Source: Macrostomum lignano (taxonomy: Eukaryota). Taken from it: DNA of 64,000 nucleotides. The notes beneath the pieces are model-generated. The model did not search any database, was not told where the DNA came from, and was given only the letters and a program-made list of their open reading frames with translations. Shown piece by piece: positions 32,936-45,489 of the stretch. The position numbers and the translations under genes were made by a program. The stretch lies in contig NIVC01000094.1 of NCBI GenBank assembly GCA_002269645.1, positions 1,054,001 to 1,118,000 of the forward strand, written 5' to 3'. Each line of letters starts with the position of its first letter. Positions within the stretch are counted from its first letter, which is position 1.

Positions 32936-35639
32936 TCTCTCCCTTCCCTCCTCTCTCTTCTCCTCTCTCATCTCCTATTTTATCTCTCCTCTCCTCTTGT
33001 CTCCCCTCTTCTCCTTTATTCCCTCGCCTCACCTTTCTCCTATCTCTCTTCTGTATTCCCTCTCCTCTCTCCCCTCATATGAGTCATGCGCTAGGTTCTT
33101 TATCTGGCCCTTGAGGTAAAAAGTTCGCCGACCCCTGGTCTATGGGGAAAATATAAATGCTTCATTGCCAGTGGAGTTGGTCTCTGTGATAATGAAAAGC
33201 AAGTCTCGAACAGCTTGACCCTAGAGCGAGCTATTGGCTTGAGAATGCTGTACAAGTTTGTGCAATACTGCGGGTTTTAGATTGCAAAATCCGATTGAAC
33301 TCAGACAGGCAACTTCACTCCAGATAAAAACTATGCATTCAATTCTATAAAAAAGTTTCAGTTCCGCCCTGTAAAAGAACGAAGGCCAATGCAAATTTTG
33401 CCCGTTTTGAGACTTTTAAATCTCCCCCCCCCAACTGGGAGCGCCCAGTTTGAGGACACGAGCCTGGGGTGGATTCCAACCCCCGCCCAATTTTGCCTCG
33501 TGACAGATTAAAGAAATGGTCCCGATTTCTTCTGTAGCATTTCGAGCACAATTCTTCTTTGCCCTTTGATTTGGCACAGAACAGAAATTGTAGCAATTAT
33601 GAAAGCAGAAAAATGCTCCGCTTTTCTGCGCCATTTTTATGCGGTGTTTTCTTTGAAACTGGCTGCGCCGCCATTCAATCGGGCACTCTTGCTGCAGCTC
33701 TCGTACTGCATGGGGAAACTTCATGCTTTCCTTTTGAAGTTTAATTCCTCAAAGCTGATGGGTCCTTGGCAAATCCAGTTGCAGGTGCCGTCCCTTGGAC
33801 AATAAAGTTTTAGTATAGAACTGTATCTGGCTCTCGGATCATCTCCGATACCCCGCCACAGAGACCAAAATCTAGCATTAGTCACCGATCACCGCATGCG
33901 GATACTGGTAAGCTTCATCTCCAGGCAGCAGCCAGCCAGCCTGCCAGTGCTTAGGAAAGCAGGCGGACTTGAATAAACAGCGATCGGGGTCTCTGCTTTG
34001 GCAGCATTGGCCACCGGCCTGTTGGACCAGCCTGTGCGCGAGACAGCGCACTTCGAGGAGTGATGCCTCAGTTAAGACAAAAACAAACCATTTTCCCACT
34101 CTCCAAGCTACATGTCGTCACCGGCGCAGGCTGGACAGAAATCTTCCCAGCCCACCAAAGCCAGGAACTTCTCTGAAAGAACCTCCGCCGGTTTCTTTTG
34201 CCGTGACTCATTCCCGTTAATTCGCCAAGGCTGCCGCTTACCTGCCTGGCCTCTGTGTTCAGTCGGTGGCGCTTTTTTTAACAGCATCGGCGTAGCGACA
34301 CACGTGCCAATGTGTGCTGCATGTGTGTCTGCATGTGTGCGCTGATTAAACCCAGACTCCAGCTCAGTACCCTCCCCCCCGTCTCCTCAAGCCACCGTCA
34401 ATCGATTCCGCTGTGGGAGACGGGAAATATTAGCAGTCCGCCTGATGAAAAAAATCTTTGACTCTGGCACGCTTGCCCGGACTCACTGGGGGGGGGGGGA
34501 GAACTCCTGCTCCGGCTCACTGCTGGATGGGGCAGCGTGTCCCCAGGAGACATCTGCGGTGCCTCTCCCATTCTGATCTCTCTAAATTTGACCACCAGAG
34601 CTCAGATGCCGATCTCCATCCCCAAATAGCTCCAAGTTCAGCCTCCAATTCTGCATCATTTCAAATTAGCTTTGCTCAGGCCTGGCAGCTGATTTGTCCC
34701 CATAAATTAATTACCGAGCAGTCCCCAGTTCACTACAGGGAAAACTACTCAAAAATAAATGCAAAAATATCGGCATTTTGATGGATCCAAAAAACAAATA
34801 AAAATTCGACTCAGAAATCGGGTATATTATCAACTTGGCTGTACTGTACCATACTATACAAGCAGGTGGGGGGTATTTGCAGGGACCGGTGCAAATCCGC
34901 ACAATGCTCCAGCAACTGAAAACTACAGAGAAGCAATGAGCGAGAACAACAGCGCAAAATCTGAGGTAAATCGAGTGGAATAATTCCAAAAAAGACATCA
35001 AAACTGAAATGTTCTAAAAGGAGCAGCGGGCATAGCGGTGTGACATGAGCGCGGTGAAAAACGCAAAAAATGTGGATGGCATTCAGGAAACACTTCATAA
35101 GTTTTCCTACAGATTGAAAAAGTCCTTTGCCAGATCTTCTGCGCACCCCTTTCCTACTGTGTGGTCGAGAGAAACAGCGAGAAACAGCGCATCAGGAAAA
35201 GTTCATCCTGGCTTCCATTGCGATCTGATTTGCGGATTAAGGGACTGCGGCTGCAGCTGGCGGATGGGGATCTGAGAGAGAGGGTACAGTTTTTTCTCTG
35301 TGAAAATTTTGCGATGGCGAAAATGGTGAGGAAAAAGCGCATCGAAAAAATTTTGCAGGAATTTCTGTGCCAGGAGGGCGGTGCGGGTGCCGCTGGGGGG
35401 GCGGAGACTTGGCGACTCTGTCAGGTGGGCGCGGATTTTGTCAGCGACCGGCCGATGGCCGAAATTTCCCAGGATCCCAGCCAGTCAGCTGATTTTTTGC
35501 CCAAAAAAGTTCGGCGAGCCTTCGGACCCATTTCAGGCTGCCAGGCTGAGGCAGATAGTTTCCCACTAGCAAAAAATCCGAACATACCTGGTGAAAGGTC
35601 TCAAAAATAACAAAAAGCGTCTGCGCCAAAAACCGAATT

Positions 35640-36020
35640 TACTGACCCAAAACCCGAAATATCTGACCCAAAACCCGAAATATCTGACCCAAAACCCGAA
35701 ATATCTGACCCAAAACCCGAAATATCTGACCCAAAACCCGAAATATCTGACCCAAAACCCGAAGTCACTAATCCATAAACCCGAAGTCATTGACCCAAAA
35801 CCCGAAGTCATTGACCCAAAACCCGAAGTCATTGACCCAAAACCCGAAGTCATTGACCCAAAACCCGAAGTCATTGACCCAAAACCCGAAGTCATTGACC
35901 CAAAACCCGAAGTCATTGACCCAAAACCCGAAGTCATTGACCCAAAACCCGAAGTCACTGACCCAAAACCCGAAGTCATTGACCCAAAACCCGAAGTCAC
36001 AGACCCAAAGCCCGAAACTT
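35640..36020. repeat. 21-bp minisatellite (TGACCCAAAACCCGAAGTCAT), two sub-types in blocks
   Basis: Read directly; just downstream of the 36142 stop codon. Confidence 0.95.
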
Positions 36021-36141
36021 CTGACCTGAAAGCCGAAGAAGCATTTGATCCAATAAATTAGCAAAATAAGTATATCAAGTGTTCCGCCACCCGACACTCC
36101 GGCCGTCCCCTCAGAGCATGTCAGCCCAGTCCATCACCCAG

Positions 36142-37743
36142 TCACACCAGACTCGCCTGAAGTTCCCCATTCGACGTTGCCAGATAAAAGGACCTCGCGT
36201 AGCTGCTGCAGCGGTCGTCAGGCGGCAGGAACCGCTCCTGCACCCGCTGGTGCAGCGCCTGAGTCTCCGGGCTGGCGGTCAGCTGGTGCAGGAAGCGCCG
36301 GATCTCCCGGAAGCCCGGGCCGGCCACCTCAACGCGGCGCAGGCCCGGTGGCAGGTCCTGCGACTCCGCCATCGGCACCAGGCGCAGCCAGCAGCCGTAG
36401 CGGCGGGCCAGGCAGACCACCAGGCTGTCGAACAGGAAGGCCTCGCTCTGTGCTAGCGAGCTCGCTCGGATGTGGAAGAAGTAGAAGGTGCGCTGGTTCG
36501 GGTCTTTCCGCGCCGCTGCCAGCGTTGCCGCCGAGGGGCTTCGCGGAGGATCGCGCGACACCGTCTGGCAGCGTCTCCGTGATGGCGTACCGGCGCCGCT
36601 GCCGCCTCCGCCCGGCTCGCTGTGCGCCCGTGGTTCCGAGTCGCCGCCGGCCCGAACTGAGTCTCGGCGACTCTTCCGCCCGCTGTCCGAAGCTTCTTCG
36701 TCAACCGCAAGCTCGGCTGGCTGCAGCAGGTGCATCCGTTCGAGACCTTCCACCAGAGATAGACGCAGGCAGGTGTACCGCGGCCGGTACTCCACGGTCG
36801 GTCTGGTGTCGATCACTTCGATGGTCTTGGCCGCGGCGCGGGTGATGGCGGGCCGGAAGCTGACTCGTGGGCCCGCGTGCTGGCGCCCTGCCCGGCTTCC
36901 ACGTCCCCGACGGACCGTCACCTTGAACTGCGACTCGGTACTGTTGGTCCGCTTCAGGAAGTTCACCAGCGACGTCTGGCTGCCCTGCGACGGCGGGGCG
37001 GCCTGCGTAGCCAACGCCGCAGCGGACCTCCTTGAGGAGGATGGCGGCAGCGGAGCCGGTGGAGGAGACGGCGGCGGCGTGTCCACCGGGGACTCCAGCG
37101 GGATCCTGGCGCTCGGAGCGACCCGGCTGGCGGATTCGGCACCCCTGCTCGGCGAGGTGGCGACAAACTTCGATAGGCGCTTCTCGTCAAAGCTGATCGA
37201 CAGGCGGTTCGCCACGGTGGCGAACGGCTTGGCGGGCTGCGGAGCCGGCTGCGCGGCCGGGATGTACCCCAGCCGGGGCCTGGCTGCACCGTTCCTGCCG
37301 CTGCCGGACTGCGGCTGCTGCGGCTGTCGGGAGCCGTGCACCGGGCAGCTTGGCCGGACTCGGCCGCTACCGCTGCAGCCGCCGCCGTTGCCGCACTTGC
37401 TGAAGGGCGACCGGTTCGGTAGTGGCTGATTTGACGTCATCGGACGTCTTCTGAGTGGTACAGCATCGCCGTTGCCATGGAGACTGGTCGGGGGCTTGCC
37501 CGGCTGAGCTGCTGGCCCTGCGGTGGTCAGCAGGCGGCAGTTCTGATGCAGCTTGCAGTCGCCGAAGTCCACCAGGTATTCCGCGACCACGTAGCCTGGC
37601 GGATGCTGCTGCTGCTGCTGCTCGCCTCCGTTTTGCCTGCGGTTGCTATAGCAACCAACGCCGCGTCCGGTCCGGCCGTTCTTTTTTGCAAGCCGCGCAG
37701 CGGCCGACCGCCTCTTGTGCAGGCAAGACAGGTGGGCACCCAT
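36142..37743 (-). CDS. Intronless 533-aa uncharacterised protein: N-terminal myristoylation-like motif, disordered middle, compact C-terminal domain
   Basis: True ATG at 37743; 1.6-kb open frame; strong GC3 bias in the C-terminal part (ttc tac ttc ttc cac atc...), as in the conserved genes here. Confidence 0.75.
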   Translation of the reverse strand: MGAHLSCLHKRRSAAARLAKKNGRTGRGVGCYSNRRQNGGEQQQQQHPPGYVVAEYLVDFGDCKLHQNCRLLTTAGPAAQPGKPPTSLHGNGDAVPLRRRPMTSNQPLPNRSPFSKCGNGGGCSGSGRVRPSCPVHGSRQPQQPQSGSGRNGAARPRLGYIPAAQPAPQPAKPFATVANRLSISFDEKRLSKFVATSPSRGAESASRVAPSARIPLESPVDTPPPSPPPAPLPPSSSRRSAAALATQAAPPSQGSQTSLVNFLKRTNSTESQFKVTVRRGRGSRAGRQHAGPRVSFRPAITRAAAKTIEVIDTRPTVEYRPRYTCLRLSLVEGLERMHLLQPAELAVDEEASDSGRKSRRDSVRAGGDSEPRAHSEPGGGGSGAGTPSRRRCQTVSRDPPRSPSAATLAAARKDPNQRTFYFFHIRASSLAQSEAFLFDSLVVCLARRYGCWLRLVPMAESQDLPPGLRRVEVAGPGFREIRRFLHQLTASPETQALHQRVQERFLPPDDRCSSYARSFYLATSNGELQASLV

Positions 37744-38816
37744 GGATTTGGGTCCGGGGTTTGCACCGGGGACTCGAGCTGGTCCCGTCAGGTGACTCGA
37801 GACTCAAGCATTCGACCTTCGATCGGGTGGGCGGGCCCGGGCCAGCGAGGTACTCGACGAGAGGTCTAGATGCCTGGGGGTTGCTGGGGCGGCCCGGCTC
37901 GCGTCATGGCTTAGAAACTGCGACGGGTCTCTTATCTGATGAATCTCGCTGTGCTTCTTTTGTCTCTTCTTTTCGTCTCTTTGCTTGCCGGTTTCCTAGC
38001 AAAACAGCTGCTTTTAGAAGCGCGGCCTCGCGCGAAATTGCGAAGGCTATTAAACTTTTTAAGTGGCTGCAGGCAGGTATGACGCAACTGGGATGGTCAC
38101 AAAACTGCAGGTTGCTTTGGCAATTAAATTCTTTATAGATTTCGACGCGCTGACCAGTTCGAATCCTGGCGCATGTTGGAAAAGCGAAGCTCGAAAGCGT
38201 TGTGTCGGCAGCCGCTTGCCATGTGCTGGGGGCTCCTTGGACTGAGTCTGCCCTCAGTGACTCGCCCTCTCTCCCTTTTCTTTCCTTTCACGCCCGGCCC
38301 CTCAGTCCCCGCAACCCCTCCTCCCCCAACCGGTTCTGCCTCTCTCTCGCACTGCCGTACTGTGGCCGGTGGGGAGCCCGCCGCCATTGGCTGGCTCACC
38401 ATCAGGGCCTCCCTCGGCTTGCTGCCTTCCTCCTCTATTTTTATTCTTGCCCCCAAATAACGCCTGCAGATTCTCTCTCTCTCTCGCTAGACTCCTGTCG
38501 CTGCCTCCTTCTTCAAGCAGCAGCTGCCAATTTTGGTAGGGGGGGGGGGGGCAAGGGACTCGACCAGTTGACCCGAATAAGGGGGCCTGCAGACAGACAG
38601 GGTCCCAGTCAGACCAAACCCTCTTGGTCCCCAATGGCCCGGTTAGGAGCCAGTCGTGCACCATCTAGGCCCCAGCTGTGCTATATTTGGGGACTCTGGG
38701 GTTGTTCGAAGACGCGCTTAAGATAATCTTTGTAGCTGCTTGGAGAAGCGGCGCATAACTTCTGGCATACAAACTGACGCTTGCCAACCATGCCGTTAGC
38801 TTTGGTAAATCTAATC

Positions 38817-40650
38817 CTCTCTCTCCCTCTCTCTGATCCTCTCTCTCCTCTCTCTGATCCTCTCTCTCCTTCTCTCTGATCCTCTCTCTCCCTCTCTCTG
38901 ATCCTCTCTCCCTCTCTCTGATCCTCTCTCTCCCTCTCTCTTTGATCCTCTCTCTCCCTCTCTCTGATCCTCTCTCTCCCTCTCTCTATGATCCTCTCTC
39001 CCTCTCTCTCTGATTCTCTCTCCCTCTCTCTCTGATTCTCTCTCCCTCTCTCTATGATCCTCTCTCCCTCTCTCTCTGATTCTCTCTCCCTCTCTCTCTG
39101 ATTCTCTCTCCCTCTCTCTGATCCTCTCTCCCTCTCTCTGATCCTCTCTTCCTGTCTCTATGATCCTCTCTTCCTCTCTCTCTGATTCTCTCTCCCTCTC
39201 TCTCTGATTCTCTCTCCCTCTCTCTCTGATCCTCTCTCTCCCTCTCTCTGATCCTCTCTCCCTCTCTCTGATCCTCTCTCTCCCTCTCTCTTTGATCCTC
39301 TCTCTCCCTCTCTCTGATCCTCTCTCTCCCTCTCTCTGATCCTCTCTCTCCCTCTCTCTGATCCTCTCTCCCTCTCTCTGATCCTCTCTCTCCCTCTCTC
39401 TTTGATCCTCTCTCTCCCTCTCTCTGATCCTCTCTCTCCCTCTCTCTATGATCCTCTCTCCCTCTCTCTCTGATTCTCTCTCCCTCTCTCTCTGATTCTC
39501 TCTCCCTCTCTCTGATCCTCTCTCCCTCTCTCTGATCCTCTCTCTCCCTCTCTCTTTGATCCTCTCTCTCCCTCTCTCTGATCCTCTCTCTCCCTCTCTC
39601 TATGATCCTCTCTCCCTCTCTCTCTGATTCTCTCTCCCTCTCTCTGATCCTCTCTCCCTCTCTCTGATCCTCTCTCTCCCTCTCTCTTTGATCCTCTCTC
39701 TCCCTCTCTCTGATCCTCTCTCCCTCTCTCTCTGATCCTCTCTTCCTCTCTCTCTGATCCTCTCTCCCTCTCTCTCTGATCCTCTCTCCCTCTCTCTCTG
39801 ATCCTCTCCCTGTCTCTATGATCCTCTCTCCCTCTCTCTCTGATCCTCTCTCCCTGTCTCTATGATCCTCTCTCCCTCTCTCTCTGATCCTCTCTCCCTG
39901 TCTCTATGATCCTCTCTCCCTCACTCTGATCCTCTCTTCCTGTCTCTTTGATCCTCTCTCCCTCTCTCTCTGATCCTCTCTTCCTCTCTCTCTGATCCTC
40001 TCTCTCTCTCTCTCTCTCTGATCCTCTCTCTCCCTCTCTCTGATCCTCTCTCCCTCTCTCTGATCCTCTCTCTCCCTCTCTCTGATCCTCTCTCCCTCTC
40101 TCTGATCCTCTCTTCCTGTCTCTATGATCCTCTCTTCCTCTCTCTCTGATCCTCTCTCTCCCTCTCTCTGATCCTCTCTCCCTCTCTCTGATCCTCTCTC
40201 TCCCTCTCTCTGATCCTCTCTCCCTCTCTCTGATCCTCTCTTCCTGTCTCTATGATCCTCTCTTCCTCTCTCTCTGATCCTCTCTTCCTCTCTCTCTGAT
40301 CCTCTCTCTCTCTCTCTGATCCTCTCTCTCCCTCTCTCTGATCCTCTCTCCCTCTCTCTGATCCTCTCTCTCCCTCTCTCTGATCCTCTCTCCCTCTCTC
40401 TGATCCTCTCTTCCTGTCTCTATGATCCTCTCTTCCTCTCTCTCTGATTCTCTCTTCCTCTCTCTCTGATCCTCTCTCTCTCTGATCCACTCTCCCTCTC
40501 TCTCTGATCCTCTCTCTCTCTCTCTCTCTGATCCTCTCTCTCTCTCTCTCTGATCCTCTCTCTCTCTCTCTCTGATCCACTCTCCCTCTCTCTCTGATCC
40601 TCTCTCTCTCTCTCTGATCCTCTCTCTCCCTCTCTCTCTGATCCTCTCTC
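38817..40650. repeat. Compound (CT)n-GAT microsatellite (CTCTCTGATCCT family)
   Basis: Read directly. Confidence 0.97.
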
Positions 40651-42668
40651 CCCCTACGAGTGTATTCAATGAGCACAATGATTTCGTTATGCTTCGACTC
40701 GATTCCCATCCAAACGGACCATGATAAGCAAAACTTATCTGAAGAGGCCGCCACACCGGAGACAGGCAGTGTGGGTGACAGCAAATATTAACCAAGCCGA
40801 CAGTTGAACCGCTACCAGCCCTTCCCAGGCGTGAAGAGCGAAAGTAGTGGGTGATGGCGGCTGAGCTGGAAGCCCTGGGATCTGTTGGTTGAGCAGCAAC
40901 TCAAACGAAGAACGCGTGCCCGGAAGCTTTCGGCTCTTTTCCCATTTAATCCCATTCGTTTCCATTCCCCCCACTAATGCCCCGCAATATGCTCAGGCTT
41001 TGTTTATCCTTAGCAAAGCCTTAAATCCCCACGCGCAGCGTCCCTTCCAGCTTCTCTTCTGCATCTAGAGGGATCCGAATCCTCAGCTCTCCCTTCAGCT
41101 TCCTCGGATCGGAAAGAAGGCAGGAGAAAGTTTTTGGTGATGGAGGTGAGCAAAGCTCCACGAATTCCAGCCTCTCTGCCTGCTTGCAAACGCCAGATGT
41201 CTCATAAATTTGCTTGCTTTAGCGTTAGTCATGCACCTTACTCGTGCGGCTAAGGCGACGCAGAATCTCCCAGCTTCATCAGTGAATTCTCCTTCTCGGT
41301 TCTCCAGAATTTTCAAGTCAAAATTTCCCACAGCACTCAACTAGAAGGTGCTGCAGGGGGATCTGATCGGTATCTGGGGGCTGGGATTGCGGGCCTGTCC
41401 GGTCCTTCGTCACTTCAGTTCCATCAGATTTCCCATAATCCCTATCACTTCCCCTCATAGCACTCACATCCCCCCCCAGTGCGTGTCAGCTGTCAGCTCC
41501 CCTTCCCACGAAGGAAATTTCCAGTTGAATCTGCAGTTGCGCAACGCAGCGCACAATCTCCATTACCAGTTCGACAAACTATTCGAAATTAACTGCCCCG
41601 CGGTGCCGGCGCCAACTGGCTGCAACACCAGGGTTCGAAACTGTTTAGGCCGAGGAGGATCGGCGGTCTCGGCCAGCTGGCAAACCGGACAGATTGGAGC
41701 TCCGCCACCCCACGCTGTGTTAATGAGCTTTCTAGCAACAGATAAGGCATCGCCGAATGCCGTTCGGTCTCCAAGCTACAGAGAAAGCGAAATTCGCGCA
41801 AACTGAAATCGAGGCCGCAATCTTATCGTGACTGATGCGTTCCGCCTCTTCAGCGCTCGCTTATCCTTGGCCTCGAAGCTCGAAGCAGAGGAATTCGAGA
41901 TCTGAGGAACTGCCAAGTGACTAAGCGCGTCATCTGGTCGCCCCAGCCCATCTTACTCTTTTGACAAGCCTCTTTAGCCGCTCCATCAAGCTGATTGACT
42001 CTCCGGGGATTCACTTTGTTCTTCTTAGTTTGCCTGGCTCGCGAAACTCAAAATCACCAGAGGGAGGAAAACTGGCAATCGCGAAAAAGTGCAAGCCGAC
42101 TAACCCTGGTCCTGCAGATTGCATAAACATCCTCGCCAGCTTTGGTGGGATAAACAAATCCTCCCCCCCCCCAAGACATGGACTTGGGATCTTGAGTGTC
42201 CAGGCGAGATTCTATTGGCCGAAAGAAGCTTACAGAAGAAACAACTTAATTCCTACAAGCTTCTATCAATCCAGTTTGCCCGAGCAAAAAACTGACAAAA
42301 CCGGGCAACTGCAAAGCTGGGTCAAATTTCTGACACCGAAAGCTGCGGCTACCTGAAGCGAGCCTTGGTCTGGGCGGAGGTCAGGTAGGCAAGCGGAGGT
42401 CAACGGCACTTTAGAATTTTTCGTCCCTGCAATTTGCCGGAGAGAAAGAGGGGGGGCAGCGGGAGGGAGGGAGGGGGGGTCACGTGGGAGGGCCAGTAAA
42501 CAAGACCGCTATGCCACTTGATTTGAGCTGAGGGAGACTCGAGTGTTTTGAGCGGGGCTTTGGAGCCGAAAATGCTTGGCGAATGCGGGCCGGAGACCGC
42601 AGCTTTTGAGGCTTCGGCACGCAACAGTCGGCAAGTGGGGAGACGCGGGGAGCTGGAAGCTGAAATAG

Positions 42669-43092
42669 CTGAGACACTGAGGCACTGAGACACTGAGGCA
42701 CTGAGACACAGAGATCCAGACAGAGATACTGAGACACTCAGACACTGAGACGGACACTCAGACACTCAGACACTCAGACACTCAGACACTGAGACACCCA
42801 GACACCCAGACACTGAGACGCTGAGACGCTGAGACACTGAGACACTCAGACACCCAGACACCCAGACACTGAGACACAGAGATACAGACAGAGATACTGA
42901 GACACTCAGACACTGAAACGGACACTCAGACACTCAGACACTCAGACACTCAGACACTGAGACACTCAGACATTCAGACACCCAGACACTGAGACACAGA
43001 GATACAGACAGAGATACTGAGACACCCAGACACTGAGACACAGAGATACAGACAGAGACGCTGAGACACTCAGAGACTCAGACACTCAGATA
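42669..43092. repeat. GAGACACT/CAGACACT low-complexity array
   Basis: Read directly; its reverse complement resembles the CTCAGTGTCT arrays downstream. Confidence 0.9.
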
Positions 43093-43789
43093 CTGGCTGT
43101 AGCAAGAGCCCAACCAGCAGGAGCCTGAAGGCAGTAGCGAAGGAAGCAAAAGAGGATCAGCTGACAAAGGGCTCAGCTGACTCACTCGCGCCCCATCCGT
43201 CTCAGCCTCCGTCTTAACTTATTCCCCATCTCTAGCTACTCCCTTTCTCTCCTCGCCTCGGCCTGGGCAAAAATTTCCCCCCCCCCCGACGCCTCAGGGG
43301 GCAAACGGCTCGAGGGTTTGTAATTTGTTGCAACACTCCTTGGCGGGATAATGAGGACCCTCGGCCGGCCTCTGTGCATCGGGTTATCCCCATCTCCATC
43401 CCCAGCATGCGGGTGGCCAGCGTGTTTGAAGATTTGAACTCTCCCGCTCCGATTCGAACCAATTTCCTGTCGCTAGACCGGCCGGACAAACCTGTCAAAA
43501 TTTATTTTGCCCTGGCTTTTGTGCTTGCTGACTGCTTTCACTGTTCTGTTGTCTTTTGCCAAGATATTGAATAAGTACTGAATAAGTTATGCAAATTATG
43601 CCAAGCCCCAGATGTATCCAAGTGTTATCCAGAATCAATGCTTCCTGACAAACCCTTTGCCTCTGCAAACTTTACTGTGCATAGACTGACTGTTCGCCGG
43701 ATAAGGTCAAACTTTCGATACATATCGCCAGTTCTGCGCTACTAATTTGAGTTCGCTAGTCGAAAGAGAGAGAACTTACTCTCTCGGAG

Positions 43790-44340
43790 TCTACCCTCTT
43801 TCAGTGTCTACCTTAAGTATCTACACTCAGTGTCTACCCTCTCTGTGTCTACCCTACTCTCAGTGTCTACCCTACTCTCAGTGTCTACCCTACTCTCAGT
43901 GTCTACCCTACCCTCAGTGTCTACCCTCTCTGTGTCTACCTTCTCAGTGTCTACACTACCCTCAGTGTCTACCCTACCCTCAGTGTCTACCCTACCCTCA
44001 GTGTCTACCCTCTCTGTGTCTACCTTCTCAGTGTCTACCCTACCCTCAGTGTCTACCCTCTCTGTGTCTACCTTCTCAGTGTCTACACTACCCTCAGTGT
44101 CTACCTACCCTCAGTGTCTACCCTACGCCCACCTCAGTGTCCACCCTCTCAGTGTCTACCCTCTCTGTGTCTACTCTCTCTCTTTCTGTGTCTACCTTAC
44201 TCTCAGTGTCTACCCTCTCAGTATCTACCCTCTCTGTGTCTACTCTCTCTCTCTCTGTGTCTACCCTACTCTCGGTGCCGACCCTCTCTGTGTCTACCCC
44301 ACTCTCAGTGTCTACCCTCTCTTAGTGTTTACCCTCCCTC
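43790..44340. repeat. CTCAGTGTCTACCCT minisatellite
   Basis: Read directly. Confidence 0.92.
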
Positions 44341-45489
44341 AGCAGGTAGGGTAAAAATCAAACTGCTAAAAATCAAGGCGCTAGTCGAATTGCACCTGTT
44401 GACCCTGGAGCACGCACACGCAGGCTCACACAGGGTGTACATTTTCTCGTCGTCAAGAAGGCACACTCTGTGACGTGAGAGTTGGCCCCATAGGCGTGAA
44501 TTGAAAAATTAAACCTAGTTTCTTGAAATACTTCATGACCTCACGTAATCTCTATCAGTGGATATTCAATCACAAAGGATTACTGAGAAGTCAACTCTCT
44601 GCATTCTTTCACTCCAGCTTCCTTTATACCTCTCCATCCAGTCATTTCTCTTTCACTAGGCGAGGAACAAGTTTCATTTTGCCCCCCCCCTTTACATCTC
44701 CTGTTCTCTCGGCTCAAGTCTTTGAGCATGGGTGAGTCACGTAAATAGAAATCAAAGGAATTTTACGCTTTAATATAGGCGTCCAACATTGCCCCTCCTG
44801 ATCACTCGGAAATGCAGGCGCAACGTCACTTTGCCACGAAATCGCCATTCACTTTTCTTGGGTAAGAGGGGGCTTTAAAAAATCCCCTCGTTCACACCTG
44901 ACTCCTGTGGGAAGAGAATTTTTTTAGAGAGGGGGTATTTAGAGGGGAGAAAGGTAAAGCAGGAGATTAAGACTGGGAGGTGTGCTTGAGGATCGGTTCT
45001 GCCTAGCATGACGCAATCAACCCAGCAGCATTTTTTGGCCCGGCTCCAAAAAGCATTGGAAAGGGGCTTTTTTTCCACGCAAAGTGAGGTGTGAAGGAAA
45101 TATGAATAAATCCGGTGGTTGGTTTACCTCGGCCTCGGGTTGCTGCATGGGAATCGCCAGGGGACTTTGGTGGGAAACCAGCCGGTTGGGAGCTGTGGGG
45201 ATCGGGAAAAGAACAACAAAGTCAGCTGTTTTTTGCTTTTAATTTTTCCGATTTCTCAATCGGCAACTGTGGCCGGTTGAGGCTGAGGGGAGTTGGGAAT
45301 CAAATGTAGAATATGACTGACGACTTCCTTTGGGAAACAATTCCCAGCAGAGCACTGGTGTCCCCTCACCGAGTCTTAAGGTGATAATTAATGGTGACTT
45401 GCTCTGAGCAGACAGCCTGCCTGCGCAATCTAAAAATTTAATTTCCTATCTTATTTACTGAACTGATTTGTTGCCAGCCGCTTCAAGAT

